Assembly: GCF_009914755.1 (NCBI RefSeq)
Contig: NC_060944.1
Length of the DNA stretch: 64,000 nucleotides
Origin: the human T2T-CHM13v2.0 reference genome, Homo sapiens
Strand: one strand, 5' to 3'
Shown piece by piece: positions 14,438 through 28,237 of the stretch; position 1 is the stretch's first letter, and the number at the start of each line of letters is the position of its first letter. The translations under genes were made by a program, and so were the position numbers. Under the pieces are notes generated by a model, which had not been told where the DNA came from, ran no database searches, and worked only from the letters and a program-made list of their open reading frames with translations.

Positions 14438-14928
14438 TTTATTGGCCATAAGTGTTTCATTTAACTCAGTTTTAATGATGGGGCTGTAGAGGTTTCATGG
14501 CAGAGCTTGGGTTTCATGGCAGAGCAATGGGCTTTCCTTGATGAGCCAGGAAGGAGCCATCAGAAATGCAGGCATCTATTTTCCTCAGGGTTGGAGCCTA
14601 TCCTGCCTCTGCTGGGTTTCCTGGTCAGTATCATGGACTCTGAGGTCAGACTTGCCACAGAAAATTCATTCCTGGGTAAGGCATGAGAATCTCCCTCTCA
14701 CTGTTGACCTTTCCAGTCTAGGTGCTCCCTTCCTCTGGTGGCTGCAGGAGACAGGGAGGGATGGCCAGTGCTGTTCAGGTCTCAGAAGGCTGATGAGGCA
14801 AGAGAAGCTGAGGGAGCAGCTACAGGCATCATGGCAGGTCCTCCTCTAAGTCCAGTCCTCCTAAATAAGACAGGAGGGACTGAGGGTCCTATGTCACTGT
14901 GGAGGACTGCCTTTGCGGGGTCTATGAC
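14438..14928 (-). pseudogene. Candidate terminal exon of the SIRP pseudogene
   Basis: ccctgcttcctctacag| acceptor at 14929; early stops in either joining frame; AATAAA at 14438-14443. Confidence 0.4.
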
Positions 14929-15274
14929 CTGTAGAGGAAGCAGGGGCTGAGGCACAGCCCATGATTTTCTCACACCTCTCCTTAGAGTCTACCTCAAGGG
15001 TGCTGTCTTCATACCAGCTCTCTCTGTTTCTTCCTCCTTAAGTGCCCCCTCTCCTGCCCTGACCAGGGAACCTGCCTCTTTGTACATCCTCAGGCTGAAT
15101 GAGAGACAGAGGAAGGTCAAGGGGATAGCGGTGCAACTCTCGGGGACCCTATGGATCAACACCCATTCAAGGTACAGGAGAAATGGGAGGGCTCCACAGC
15201 CTTCTTCTCACAGTGCCCCTGTCAGCTGGAGTCCCACCCTTGGGAGCCTAATCCCATCTAGGGTCCCCCCTTAC

Positions 15275-15355
15275 CTGGAAGAAAGGCTCCTCCTAAGGAC
15301 ACAGATGGCAGAAAGTTCCAGCAAAGGAGCAGGAAGGAGTTGCACACAGGGGTAC
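15275..15355 (-). pseudogene. Degenerate transmembrane exon (81 nt)
   Basis: ttctgtcaccag| acceptor and CAG|gtaagg donor; FLLLCW in one frame and LSAICVLRRS in another, resembling SIRP-beta TM ends. Confidence 0.65.
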
Positions 15356-15920
15356 CTGGTGACAGAACAATGTCAGGATGAGGCTAGATCCTGTTTCCAC
15401 TAGACCCCCAAGCAGGCTCAGCCCCACCCCTGACTCAGGTCCCAAGACTATACCCCGGTCTTGGGGAGAGTCACCTCACCTATATAAGCCTCAGTTTCCT
15501 TCATCTGTAAAGTGGGGATTATAACACGCATTTCAGAATGTTTTTGTATCAAATGGGAGCACCCAAAGTACCTAATAGGTGCTCAGTAATTGTTAAATCT
15601 GAATGGCTTTTGGAGGATGGGTGGGAACTGGGGAAAGATATTTCAGATTAGCTTAGTTATTCAAAGGAGTATCTGGTAAAATGAGTGGGTGGTCAGGATT
15701 CAGCTGATGAAAGCAGCACTTACTGCAATTTGGTACTGGAGACGTAATGCTCTAAAGAGGTTGCCATAATTGCTGTTCCATTTTATAGATAATTCAGAAA
15801 GAGGTGAAGTGACTTTTCCAAGGTCACACATGGTGAGAACAGCAAAGCCTGCATTTGAACCTGGCCTGTCTGTCTCTAGGTCTGAGCCCTTACCTGCTTG
15901 GTTATTCCGGTCCTACTCTC

Positions 15921-16238
15921 CCAGACTCGCTTGCTCTTCTTTGGGCCTGCTCAGCTGCCTACTGGCCTGGACCAGAGCCTGGTTATTCTGCCACACTTGG
16001 CAGGTGAACTGTTTTTTATCCTTTCACTCTGAAGTGTTGACCAGGATATGATTGTCTTGGGTGAATGTGCCATCTGGGTTCTTGGTGGGGCCAAGTGCCT
16101 CACAGGTCTTGAAGTATCCATTTCTCTTTAGCCAGGCAATTTGTGTGACTTTGGGGTGAAACCTTTGTATATGGCAGGTGAGAATGGCAGTCTGGAGTCC
16201 TGGGACATGGTGTGCTGAGATATTCACTGTGGGCACAA
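15921..16238 (-). pseudogene. SIRP second IgC1 pseudo-exon (VVPTVNIS...LTCHIQRFHP...AWL...NPDGTF...E*KDKKQFTCQV...)
   Basis: ttgtttcag| acceptor; in-frame TGA at 16024-16026, C1 frame continues past it; expected donor reads gagagt; alternative CAG|gtaagg donor at 15894. Confidence 0.88.
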
Positions 16239-16847
16239 CTGAAACAATAGCACTGCCTTCGTTAGTTTCTTCCTTTATGCAAAGCGTGCTCAAGGGGTGT
16301 CTACACCTTCCTAGGCAGTGTGCAGGGTTCTTGGAATACAGCATTGACCAAGACAGGCATGTTCCTTGCCTTATGGAGCTCCCGCTCTGGTGAGGAGGAC
16401 GGGAAGGAAACAAAGCAGTCACATGACTCCTACAGGAGTTCCAAGAGCCTACAATAGGGACAATTGACCTGGTCTGCAGGAGGGCAGGTTAGGAAAGGGT
16501 CTCCAGAGGAAGTAACCTTTGTGTGGAAATCTTTGAATTTGAAAGATTCAAATATGAAATTCAAATATGAAAGACGAATTAAGAGTTAACTCTATGTGGC
16601 AGATTGCATTTTCCAAAAATTATGGCAGCCACATACTCTTCCAGAACTTTGCTACTCCGCATTAGAGGAGGAGTCTATTTCTGCTCCCCTGGACTTTGTA
16701 ACTGCTTTGATGAATAGAATGTAGCAGGGACAACACTGTGTGACTTCTGTGGCTGGGTAATGAAAGTTGGTATGGCTTCTACCTAGCTCTTTCTTGGGAC
16801 ACACCCTTGGGACACAGCCACCAAGCTATTACTAGCCTATGTGGAAA

Positions 16848-17394
16848 TGTTGGGGAAGCAGGAGCCTAGGAGAGCCAGACTAATGCTACTTTAAGTTCAA
16901 CTCTGTCTTGGAACTAACAAGGCACATTCCTTGCTGGTTACGACCGACAGTTATAAGATATTTACAACGGAAGAAAAAGCCTAAAGATTCCTACAAAGAC
17001 ACATTTCTATAACAGTGGAAAGTCAGGATGTCCCAATACCCATAAAAATATATGTTTTCAAGATCATTATATTCTTTGATGTACTCAAACTCTAGAATGT
17101 CAAGGATAGTTTTCTTTAAATCAATAGAATAATAAATTTTGTCACGCTGTCTGCTCACATGCGTGTAGACACAGCTTAGCTTAGCTTTTACATGGACAAG
17201 ACACCTTTATAAGAAAAACTTAAAGAAGAGGCTTTCCTCTGCTTGCTTTCTGAGGACACCCCACCCTGTAAGTGAGTAACTTTCAATAAATTATCTCTTC
17301 TCACTGTACTCTGTGACTTGCCTTTAACTTCTTCCTGTATCAGATCCAACAACCCCCTCTTGGGGCCTGAATAGGGACCCTTTTTCTGGCAACA
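16848..17394 (+). mobile_element. ERV1 solo LTR (MER41/MER72-like) inserted into an MLT1 LTR (~16595-17680)
   Basis: TG...CA termini, 4-bp TSD GAAA, TATA-like tttataagaa, AATAAA near 17285, MER41-type 3' end; MLT1 sequence on both sides. Confidence 0.85.
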
Positions 17395-20300
17395 GAAAGA
17401 TAATAAGGAAAAGCCCATGCCAAGAAGAACAAAGGCCCCAAGCCAACAGCCAGGACCAATGGTCAGGCATGTTAGTGAAGGAGCCTTTAGGTGATTCCAG
17501 CCTCTGAATTGTCCAGCTGAGGCTCAACCATCATAGAACACAGCAAGCTGTCCTTGCCCAGCCCTGCTGGAATTCCTAACCCACAGCATCTAACAGCATA
17601 GTCATTTAAGGGAATATGGAGTAAATTTGGAATACTGAAATAAATTTGGGGATAATTTGTTATATATCCCTAATAATTGTGAAACATTAGGCAAAAGGGT
17701 TTGTGGGGCAGGAGAAGGGGGGTGCTGGGAGAGGTTGGGGGTGGGAATGGCATCTCAGCAGACAGATGGACCTGGGCAGAGGCCCTGAGTTTCCATGGAC
17801 TTTAGAAAGAAGATCAAAGTGAATGAGAGGATGGGTGAGTGAGGCTGAATTCATAGCCAATCTGGAGGCTGGCTACACTTAAAGGTGGCCTGGGGGCACT
17901 TAAAGACATTCTAAGGCATACGAACATTATTTTAATACAATTAATTTCCAGATCCTGAACCCTCATAAGACTGTTTACTTAGATTGATCTGCCTGAGAAT
18001 GAGCATCAGGGCCATTTTCTTTTCTTACCTCCGGTTTCTCAATTTTCCTTCTCCCATATCACAAAAGAAAGGCCTTCCTCCCACACTTCCTGAAGTGGGG
18101 CATTGTCCTTGGTGTAAAGACTTTGGGATGCAAAATAAAAGGACATTTCAAATACTGCTGGCCAGGAAGCCTGCTTTAACCAAAGCACCATCCACTCCCC
18201 CATCTACCTTGCCAAACTGCATTTCCAATACCAAGTTAATGGCTATTTTAATAATTACTTATCAAACATTTTTATATATTTAGATTGTTTGGATCTATTG
18301 TGCAATTCAATCCAAAAGAATGTTTTTTGACACTGAGAGCCTTATGGTCATAAAAATTTTATTTTAAATTTCAACTTACAGATGTAGTTTTGCTTGAGTT
18401 CTGTGTTCTCATAGTTCTCTGTGATATGATCTGTATGATTTTATAGTGAAGAAAAGATTTTCCACAATAAAATATGTTACATTAAGGTAAAATTCTTCAT
18501 GGGAGTTAGAATGGAAATACAACTTTAAGAAGTAAAAGGAATGATATAAGATGCCTGATTATTAAAGAAGAGCTTCTTTATGTATGTTTAAATGGATCAT
18601 GGTGGAAATTAAATTATGATGATGTTATTTTTTTCACTGAATATGTTTTGGAGTGATGCAACATTTGTAATACTCCAGGAGTTATGTTCTGTGCAACCAT
18701 TTAAGCTTAAAATGAAAAATTTTAGAGTCAACTTTAAAATTTATGATACACTACATAGTTCTTCACAATTATTTTAGGGAAATATACACAAAAATGCTTG
18801 AATATCACATTTGAACATCCCAGTAATAATTTTTTTTTTCCCTAAGAGAAGTGATGAGCTACTGTAGGATTTTAAGCAAAGGAGAGACATGATCTGGTTT
18901 CCTTTATAAAATCCCCTTGGCTGCTGGGAGTTTTGGGGAAGGACTGTGGAGGGCAATGGTGGATATTAGCGATCAATTAGGAGGCTCTTGCAATTGCTCA
19001 TGGATGTTGGCTTGAGCTTAACTATGAACTTAAGTAGTGGCAGTGGAAAAGAATGTATGAGTTCAGGAAATATTTGGGAGTGAAATCTGATAGAACTTGG
19101 TGATGGGTTGTGTGAGAAGAGGTTTCAGGCTTGGATGACTTGGTCGATGGGGAGTGTCTTCTTCACTTATATGGGTAGGATGGAAGGAGCAGCAGGTTCT
19201 GAGAGGGTTGGGGGAGCAGCGCAACACCAATCTCTGGGCTGACCATGACTGAACCACCACTCCTGGGGAAGGTGGGGGTGGGTATTGCCTTTCTCTGGTA
19301 TCTCTGAATAGGTGGTTCTTACAGGAGGCAGATCAGAGGTAGTTATCTGAAGAGGTGTAACACTGGGTTCAAATTCCAGCATGCTTACTGAAGAACCCTG
19401 TGACCTTGGGCAAGTCACTTCACTTTTCTGGGCCTCAGTTTCCTCATCTGAATGAAGCAAGGACACAAAGCTGCCTCTAGTTTCTTTGAGATGATTGATG
19501 TGGAGGCTAGAATTCACTTTCCAGGCTGGAGCTCTCTTGTGGTATCTTTTGGTTAAGCAAGACACACTTCTATTTTGGGCTGGAGGCATTTGAGTAATGA
19601 GGAGCTAAATTCTTGACAATGATACCATAAATTATCTCCCTTATGGGGTTGCTGTGGAGACTATGGTGCTATTAATGGGTCTCCTTGGTTTTCTCTGGCT
19701 GGAGCTGGAGAGAAGGAAAGAGGGAGTTCTGGAACCCTGGAAGGAACTTCACCCATCTGCAGGAGGTAACTGAGACTACTCTATGCTGAGGTTGGTTGGG
19801 GGCAAAGGACAGTACAGGCCCCTGGGGAAAGCCCCTATGAAGGCAAAGGCAGATGGACTTGAAGTAAGAGCCAGAAAGGGCATGTGTGTGTAGCCTGCTT
19901 TGCTGGTTCTCCTGATGCCAGGGTGAGTTTAAGAAGCGTGTTTCAAAGGTGGTGACTGGTGGCAAGGCAGTGGTGGCATGGTGGTTTGAACAATGGTGTT
20001 AGGAGTTCCCATGGAGAGTTCAAGTGGGAGAAACTTCTTTGCTGTGAAGCCCTAGGTGATCAGGTCCCTGCCCCTCTCTTGCCAGCCTCTTCCTTTTCCA
20101 TGCACTCGTCCTCTCACTAAGCCTCAGCCACACTGGCTTCGTCTCTGCTTCTCAGACATGTCTTGCTCCCCGCTGCATCACAGGGCCTTTTCACGCTCTG
20201 TTTCCTGTGCCTGGAACACTCTGCACTTTGCTTGGCTGACTCCTTTTCATTCTTCATGCCTTGGCTCAAACATCAGTTCTTCAAAAAGACATTTCCTGAG

Positions 20301-20753
20301 TAAACTGGATTTCTCTCCTTTTCATATATTTCAGCAATCTGTTCTTTCTCTTCATAGCAAATGTGATGAATATAACCATATAGTTGTTTGTGTCTTGGTT
20401 GATCGGGTTCACATGACTGTAAACTCAGCAAGGCAGAACCAGGTCTGCTTGGTTTACCATGGAATCCCCAGCACCGAGAATAATGCCACCACATAGCAGA
20501 TGCTCAACAAAACCTGTTGAATGGGTGAATGAAGTTCCACCTCCCAAAGACGCTAGAGGGAAGGGAGCTCTGAAAGAGAAGAACTCGATCATAGCATTAT
20601 GCAGAAGGAGGATGGTCATATAAAACAGGGAACCTTATCACCACCTCACTGAGGGTTTTGTGAGGAATGAATGGGAGGATGCAGGTGACATGCTTCAAGC
20701 AGGGAGCCTACAGTGGTCACAAAAGGTTGGCCCTGTTTGTGTGGGGGGCTTAC

Positions 20754-21068
20754 CTTGGAGAAATTGGGAGATGTTCACGTGCCCTCTGAGGGGACTCTGC
20801 AATTCACTGTGAGCCACTTGGCAGGTGACCTGGGAGTGGAGTGAGGAGAAGCCAAGGGTCACTGTAGCAGTGCTGATGACGGTGTAGGAGGAAGCATCTG
20901 CATGCGGGAAGACCTGGGTCTGAAAGGCTGGAAGCTCTATGCCATTTTTGAGCCATTTCACATATATGTTTTCGGCAAAGAAGCCAGTTGAGGTGCAGGT
21001 GAGATTCACTAGTTGGCCTGGGCTAGCCCTGTTGGAAGGGCCAGAAATCTTTGGAAGAGAGAGCTTAG
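20754..21068 (-). pseudogene. SIRP first IgC1 exon, fully open (AKLSLPKISGPSNRASPGQLVNLTC...KWLKNG...VTCQVAH...SQFLQ)
   Basis: atcaaag| acceptor, 315 nt with no stop, CAA G|gtaagc donor, phase 1-1; both Cys and the Trp retained. Confidence 0.9.
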
Positions 21069-22399
21069 CTTTGATCAGGGCAAGGGTGAAGAGAAGAAGG
21101 AGAGAGAAGAGAGAAAAATGAAGAGGGAGAGTTACTCTCTAGCCCAATACTCACCCTCATGGTTCACTCTGCTTGACTTCCTGCCCCAATCGCCCATCTC
21201 CAGTTTTCTCCTCTTCATAAACTTTATCATTACTCTTCTTGTTATAACGGCCTATCAACTGACCTCACTGACTTTACCTCTCAGCTCTTCCAACCTACAC
21301 TTGGAAATCAGACCATGGTGATCTTGCTAAAATGGAGATCTGACCATGTTATTCCCTTGCTCACCTTCCTCCTGTCCCCTCTCATCCCTATCTTCTTCCC
21401 AAAGTACATTGTTTAAAAAGTCACATAAGGTATATCCCGAAAAACAGCAGACCCCTGGTTTCCTCTCCTTGCAAATATTATAGACCAACACGTTTTAACT
21501 ATTTTAGTGGATTCTTTGGGCATATTTCTCTGTGTTTCTATGTTGATACTAACATACTTATACTGTTATTTTCATATTTTCTCATCTTTTTCAGTTTTAT
21601 ATATTATGGATCTACCTACTGCTATGGAAGATGATGCTCTAGCTCTCTTACAGCTCCTTCTACCTGCCATCCATATTTCTCCGCCTCACATCCTCCTATT
21701 AAAGACACATCATAATTTTTTGTTTTATCAGTATTCAGCATTTATATTATTATGACCAAATGAGCATTATTCATAATTGGGCCATGTAATATATCATAAT
21801 CATATTTCCTGTCTTGTACAGCTTTTTGTTTTCCGTGGAGGTTTTTAATATATATTTTTTAATTTTTAATTTTTGTGGGTATGTAGTAGGTGTATATATT
21901 TACAGGGTACATGAGATGTTTTGACATAGGCATGCAATGTGTAACAATCACATCATGGAAAATGGGGTATCCAACCCCTCGAACATTTATCCTTCATGTT
22001 ACAAATAATCCAATTACACTCTTTTAGCTATTTTAAAATGTACAATTAAATTATTGTTGACTGTCATCATGCTGTTCTTTTAATGGTGTCATTATTTTCA
22101 TTTGCTTCATTTTCTATGAACTTATGACAAACTCATCCCCAAGCTTTCTGCCAGATTTCCTTCATGTTTGAAACTACTAAGTACTGCACTGGACTTCACT
22201 TTAGGGTACATGTGTATTCAGGAGTGCACAAAGATTTTTCAGGGGATTGTATAGGCTTGAATTAAAAAATCTTTTTATTATGATAAATTTGTAAACATAC
22301 ATAAAAACAGAGAGAAAGTATTCACAATGGCATTTTAACAGCTACAAACAAATGGCTGATCCTGTTTCGTCTACACTTCTCCCATCAACTGCTGGGTTA

Positions 22400-23070
22400 G
22401 TATTTTTTATTGTATACATTTAAAGTGTACGACATGATGTGTAGCTATACATACACTTAGTGAAATGATTACTACAGTCAAGAAAATTAGTATATCCAGT
22501 ATCTCACATAGTTACCATTTTCGTGTGTGTGGTAAAAGTATCTAAAATCCTCCCTCTTAGCAAATTTCCAGTATACAGTACAATACTATTAACTGTAGTC
22601 CTCACACTGTACATTAGATCTCTGGGCTTATTCATCCTACATAACAAATTTTGTACTCGTGGACTTCCATCTGTCTCCCCATTTTTTCAACTTCCCATCC
22701 CAGGTAACCATTGTCCTACTCTGTTTCTATATATTCGAGTTGTTTTGTTTTTTATATTTTACATGTAAGTGAGAGAAATTAAAAATAAAACTACCATATA
22801 ACCCAGCAAGGTTTTTTTCAGGTATATACCCAAAGAAAATGAATTCACCACCTTGTAAATGTATCTGCATGCCCATGTTTATTGCAGCATTACTCACAGT
22901 AGCTAAGATATAGAAACAACGTAAATGTTTGTCAATGTATGAATGGATAAAGAAATTGTGGCATATGTATACAATGGAATATTATTCAGCCTTAAAAATA
23001 AGGAGATCTTGCCATTTGTGACAACATGGATGAACCTAGTGAGCATTATGCTAAGTGAAATAAGCCATAC
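22400..23070 (-). mobile_element. L1MA 3' element with inverted 5' part
   Basis: Antisense 3' end 22400-22775 abuts a sense segment 22776-23070 that precedes it in L1 coordinates. Confidence 0.7.
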
Positions 23071-23893
23071 ACTGGATGGTTTTAAGGTAAATACCAGACA
23101 TGATATTATTTCATTCTTAACTACTTCAGCATGTAGAAGAGTTAAGAATTCTTTTTTTAAACAATAAAATGTCATTATTATACTTAAAATTTAATAGTAA
23201 TTCCTTAATATCATCTAACATTTGTCAACAGTCAAATTTTTCTGCTTGTCTCATAAATATAACTTTACAGTTGGTTTGTTTGAATGAGGATGCAAATTAA
23301 AGCCATATGTTACATTTTGTTGATGCCTTTTAAACCTCTATTAATCTAAAGGAGTTCCACTTCCTCTTTGTTCTCTTGCCATTTATTTGCTGAAAAAACC
23401 AGGTTGTTGACTCTGATAAATTGCCCACATCCGGTACTATTTCCCAGTTTCCCAACTGTATTCAGCTGCAGTCGCGCGCAGTGGTAGTGGGCTTGATAAC
23501 ATGCCCTTTATTGACTGGCTTCACCACTCCTTACTGTTGTTAATTGCACTGAAATCCTTGTCTTACAGTTGGCTTCTCACTGAACCTATCTCTGTGTTTT
23601 AAAGTCCCTCGAAATAATTAGTCTTTGTCTAGTTAAGCCATCAATATATAGTTAGATTAATTAGTTTTACTTTAGATTTAGTAATTTAGATTTTTAGGAT
23701 TTTTTTTCATTTTGGAATTTATTAATTATTTAAAAATTCATGTGCTTAGAAAGTCAAAACGTAAGTCACAGCACATTCAGAGAAGTCTGGCTTCCCCCTT
23801 GTCTCTTCCATTCTGTTCCCTTTCTCCTTTACATGTAAATTTTTAAATTATGATTTTAGTTTATTCCTCTTTTTCTAAAAAAACAAGACACAA

Positions 23894-24329
<436 letters not shown>

Positions 24330-25345
24330 TTAATGATATGCTGTGGGTCACTCTGAAGTGGTGTGCTGAGTTCCTCCTTACGCCCTTTTAAAGTCACATA
24401 ATACCCAGTGTGCGGCTGTACCATAATTTAGTAGGCAGCTCAGCTTTTGCTCTTACCAATAGTGTTGTGATGAAGAGCCTAAGGATAAGTCATCCTGCAC
24501 TTGTGTTAGTAGATCTTTGGGATACATTTCTGGAAGTTGAATTGTTGGGTCACGAGGTAATTTTGCTAGATATTGCCAAGTTCACCTCTTTATGAGTTAT
24601 ATGGTTTTGCATTCCTAACAGCAAAATATGGAGTAATTGTTTCGCCTTAGCTTCCCCAACAGAACGTGCTGTTGAACTTTTGGATTTTTGGTCAAGCAGA
24701 TAGGTGAGAAACCGTGTCTCAGTGTAGTTTTTAATTTGCATTTCTTCCTATACAAGGGTGGTTGAGCGTATTTTTATATGTTTGAAACATTTGTATTTCA
24801 TTTTCTATAACTTGTCTTTTCCCATTTATTGCCCATAATTCTAAAAGGTTGACTGTCTTCTAAAATTTTAGAAGCTTTCTCTATATTAGGGATTATTTTT
24901 TGTCTACGATGTAAATCGCAAAATAGTACACACACCTATACACAAGTTTCTTTTTGTACAATGCGATCAAAATTATAATCTTTTAAATCTTTCTGCATTT
25001 TGAGTTACAGTTGGGAAGGTTTTCTCCATTTCTAGGTTATAAAAGAATATATATATATATATGTTTTCTTCTAGTACTTAAATAGTTTCGTTTCTTACAT
25101 TTAAATCTCTGATCCACTTGGAATTTATTTTGGTGTATGGTGGGAGGAACTAGATAGATACACTTCTGGATTTTTCTATGCTGTTCCATTGGTCTATTAA
25201 CTCTTCAAATGATCCAACACCACAGTTGAAAAGTCTCTTCTTTTTCCACTGACTTGCCTTCATACTTTTTTTTTAAGCAATCAATTGACCATATGTATGA
25301 GTCTATTTCTAGAATCTCTATTCTGTTCCATTGATCCACTTGTCT

Positions 25346-25530
25346 TTTTTTTCTTTTCTTTTTTTATTTTTTAATTTATTTTATTTTATTATTATTATAC
25401 TTTAAGTTTTAGGGTACATGTGCACAATGTGCAGGTTTGTTACATATGTATACATGTGCCATGTTGGTGTGCTGCACCCATTAACTCATCATTTAGCATT
25501 AGGTATATCTCCTAATGCTATCCCTCCCCC
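25346..25530 (-). mobile_element. Short L1PA 3' insertion
   Basis: ttatactttaagttttagggtacatgtgcacaatgtgcagg; TSD CCACTTGTCT at 25336-25345 and 25531-25540. Confidence 0.9.
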
Positions 25531-26336
25531 CCACTTGTCTATCTTGATGCCAATACCACACTGTATGATTACTATAGCTCTATAATAATTTTCTGTTCAT
25601 GAGGGATATTGATCTATAGTTTTGCTTTTCTATGATTCTTTATCTGTAATGCTGGCCTCACAGAATGGGAAGCCTCACTTCCTCTTTAATTTTCTGAAAT
25701 AATTTGAGTAAAATTGTTAGTACTTCTTCCTCAATTGTTTGATAGAATTCCTCAGTGAAGTCATCTGGGTCTGAATTATTCTTTGTCAGAGGCTTTTTAA
25801 ACTACAAATTTAATTTCTTTAATAGATATAGCGATAATTAGCCTATTTATTTCTTCTTGAGTGAGCTTTAGCAGTCTATGTCTTTCAAAGAATTTGTCCA
25901 TTTCATCAAAGTTGTTAAGTTTATTGGTATAAAGTTTTTCATAAAGTTCCATTATAATCTTTTTAATATCTGTGGAGTCTGTAGTAGTGTCACCTCTCTC
26001 ATTATTGATATTGGTAATTTGTATCTTCTTTCTTTTTTCCTGATTAACTGTGTGGATATGGATTTATTAATTTTATGAATTTTCTCAAGGAACCAGCTTT
26101 TGCTCTTATTGATTTTTTCTATATTTTTTCATTTTATGTTTCTGATTTCTGCTGTGTTCCTTATTATTTCCTTTCTTCATTTTTTCCTACTTTTTGAAGT
26201 CTCTGAAAAAAACCTTTCTTCTGTCCTAATATAGGGATTTAGTGCTATGAATTTCCTGCTAAGTACTCTTTTGGCTGCATGCCACAAATTTGGTATGCTA
26301 TGCTTTCATTTTCATTCAGTTAAAAATATTTTCTAA

Positions 26337-26640
26337 GCCAGGAGTGGTGGCTCATGCCTGTAACCCCAGCATTTTGGGAGGCTGAAGCAGGCAGATCACT
26401 TGAGCTCAGGAGTTTGAGATCAACCTGGGCAACACAGCAAAACTCAGTCTCTACAAAAAAATACAAAAATTAGCTGGGCAGGGTGGAGTGCACCTGTAGT
26501 CCCAGCTACTCAGGAGGCTTAGGTGGGAGGATCACCCGAGCCCGAGAGGTTGAGACTACAGTGAGCCGTGATTGTGCCACTGCACTCCAGCCTGTGGGAC
26601 AGAGTGAGACCCTGTCTCAAATAAATAAATAAATAAATAC
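26337..26640 (+). mobile_element. Alu (AluJ-like)
   Basis: Dimeric Alu with (AAAT)n tail. Confidence 0.88.
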
Positions 26641-28064
26641 ATACATACATATACAAAATACTTTCTAATTTTTCTTCCGATTTCTTTTTCAATAATGTAT
26701 TATTCAGAAGTATATTTAGTTTTAAAATGTTTGGAGATTTTCTAGAGATGTTTGCTTTTTAAATTTAATTTCTATGACTACTGAGGGTTAAATTAAATAA
26801 AATTAAAAATAAATAAATAAATTTAATTCCATTGTGGTCAGAAAACACACTTCTCATGACTTGATTTATTTAAAACTTACTGAGACTTATTTATGGCTGA
26901 GAATACAATCTATGTTGGTAAATGTTTCTTTTGTAGTTAAAAAGAATGTGTATTCTCTTGTTTTGGGATGGAGCATTCTATAAGTATCAGTTAGCTCAAG
27001 TTGGCTTATAGTGCTGTTCAAGTCTTCTACATCTTTACTGATTTTCTGCCTCCTTTTTTTACCAATTATTGAAAGAGAGGTTTTGAGATCTGACTATAAT
27101 TGTAGATTTTTCTATATATTCTTGCAATTCCATGAGTTTTGTTTTATGTATTTTGAAACTCTATTATTATATGCATCAACATTTAGAATTGGTATATTTT
27201 ATTAATTGATAAGCTTATTATAAATGATATTCTATGTTCTCATAATTTCTTTGTTCTAAATACACTTTGATATTAATGTAGGCATTCCATATTTAAAAAA
27301 TTATTGTTGATGTTGCATATATTTTTCTGTCCTTTTATTTTTAATCTATTTGTGCCTTTATTTTTGAAGAGAATCAATTCTCTGCAGGCAGCAAATAGTG
27401 GATCCTACTTTAAAAAATATAATGCAAAAATCACTTTATTTTAATTGGTGTGTTTAAACCATTTACATTTAATATGATTATTTATATGACTAGGTCTAAA
27501 TCTATGATCTTGCTACTTACTAGCCTCATCTCTTTTCCAGTGTACCTCATTTTCTGTCTTCTTTTGGATTGATTTTTATGATTCTGATTTATGTCTTTTG
27601 TCAGTTTATTAGCTATTACTCTTTGTTGTGTTATTTTACTGGTTGTTTTGGGATTTCTGGCATACATTATTAACTCATCATTATTTACCATGAGTGATAA
27701 GGTATCACTTCACACATAGCATAAAATTCTTACAGTAATATATTTCTGTGTCTCTCTTCCTGGTCTTTGTGCTATTTTTCTCACACATTTTACTTCCATG
27801 TATGTTATAATTTGTCAAATATATTATTATTGTATTTGCTTTGAACAGCTATGTTTTAAGTACATTTAAATATACTTTTAAAATATTTTCCCACATTGTT
27901 ACTATTTCTCTTGCTTTTAATTTCTTTGTATATATCCAGGTTTCCATCTGGTATCATTTCACTACTGTTGGAAGGACTTCTTTTTAACATTTCTTGTAGT
28001 GCAGATCTGTTGATGATGAATTCTTTCAGCTTTTGTATGATTGATAAAATCTTTATTCTTCACT

Positions 28065-28237
28065 TCAAAAATTGTGGTAAAGTACACATAAGATCTGCCA
28101 TCTTAACCATTTTTTAGTGTACAGTTCAGTGGCATTGAGTACACATTTAGAGTACAGTTTCAGTGGCATGAGTCACATTGTTGTGCAACCATCACCACTA
28201 TACATCTCTAGAATGCTTTCCATCTAGCAAAACTGGG
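28065..28237 (-). mobile_element. L1M (L1MB-like) 3' end joined to the U6 copy
   Basis: ttgtggtaaa...ttaaccatttttagtgtacagttcagtggcatt...ttgtgcaaccatcaccac is a typical antisense L1MB 3' terminus. Confidence 0.75.
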
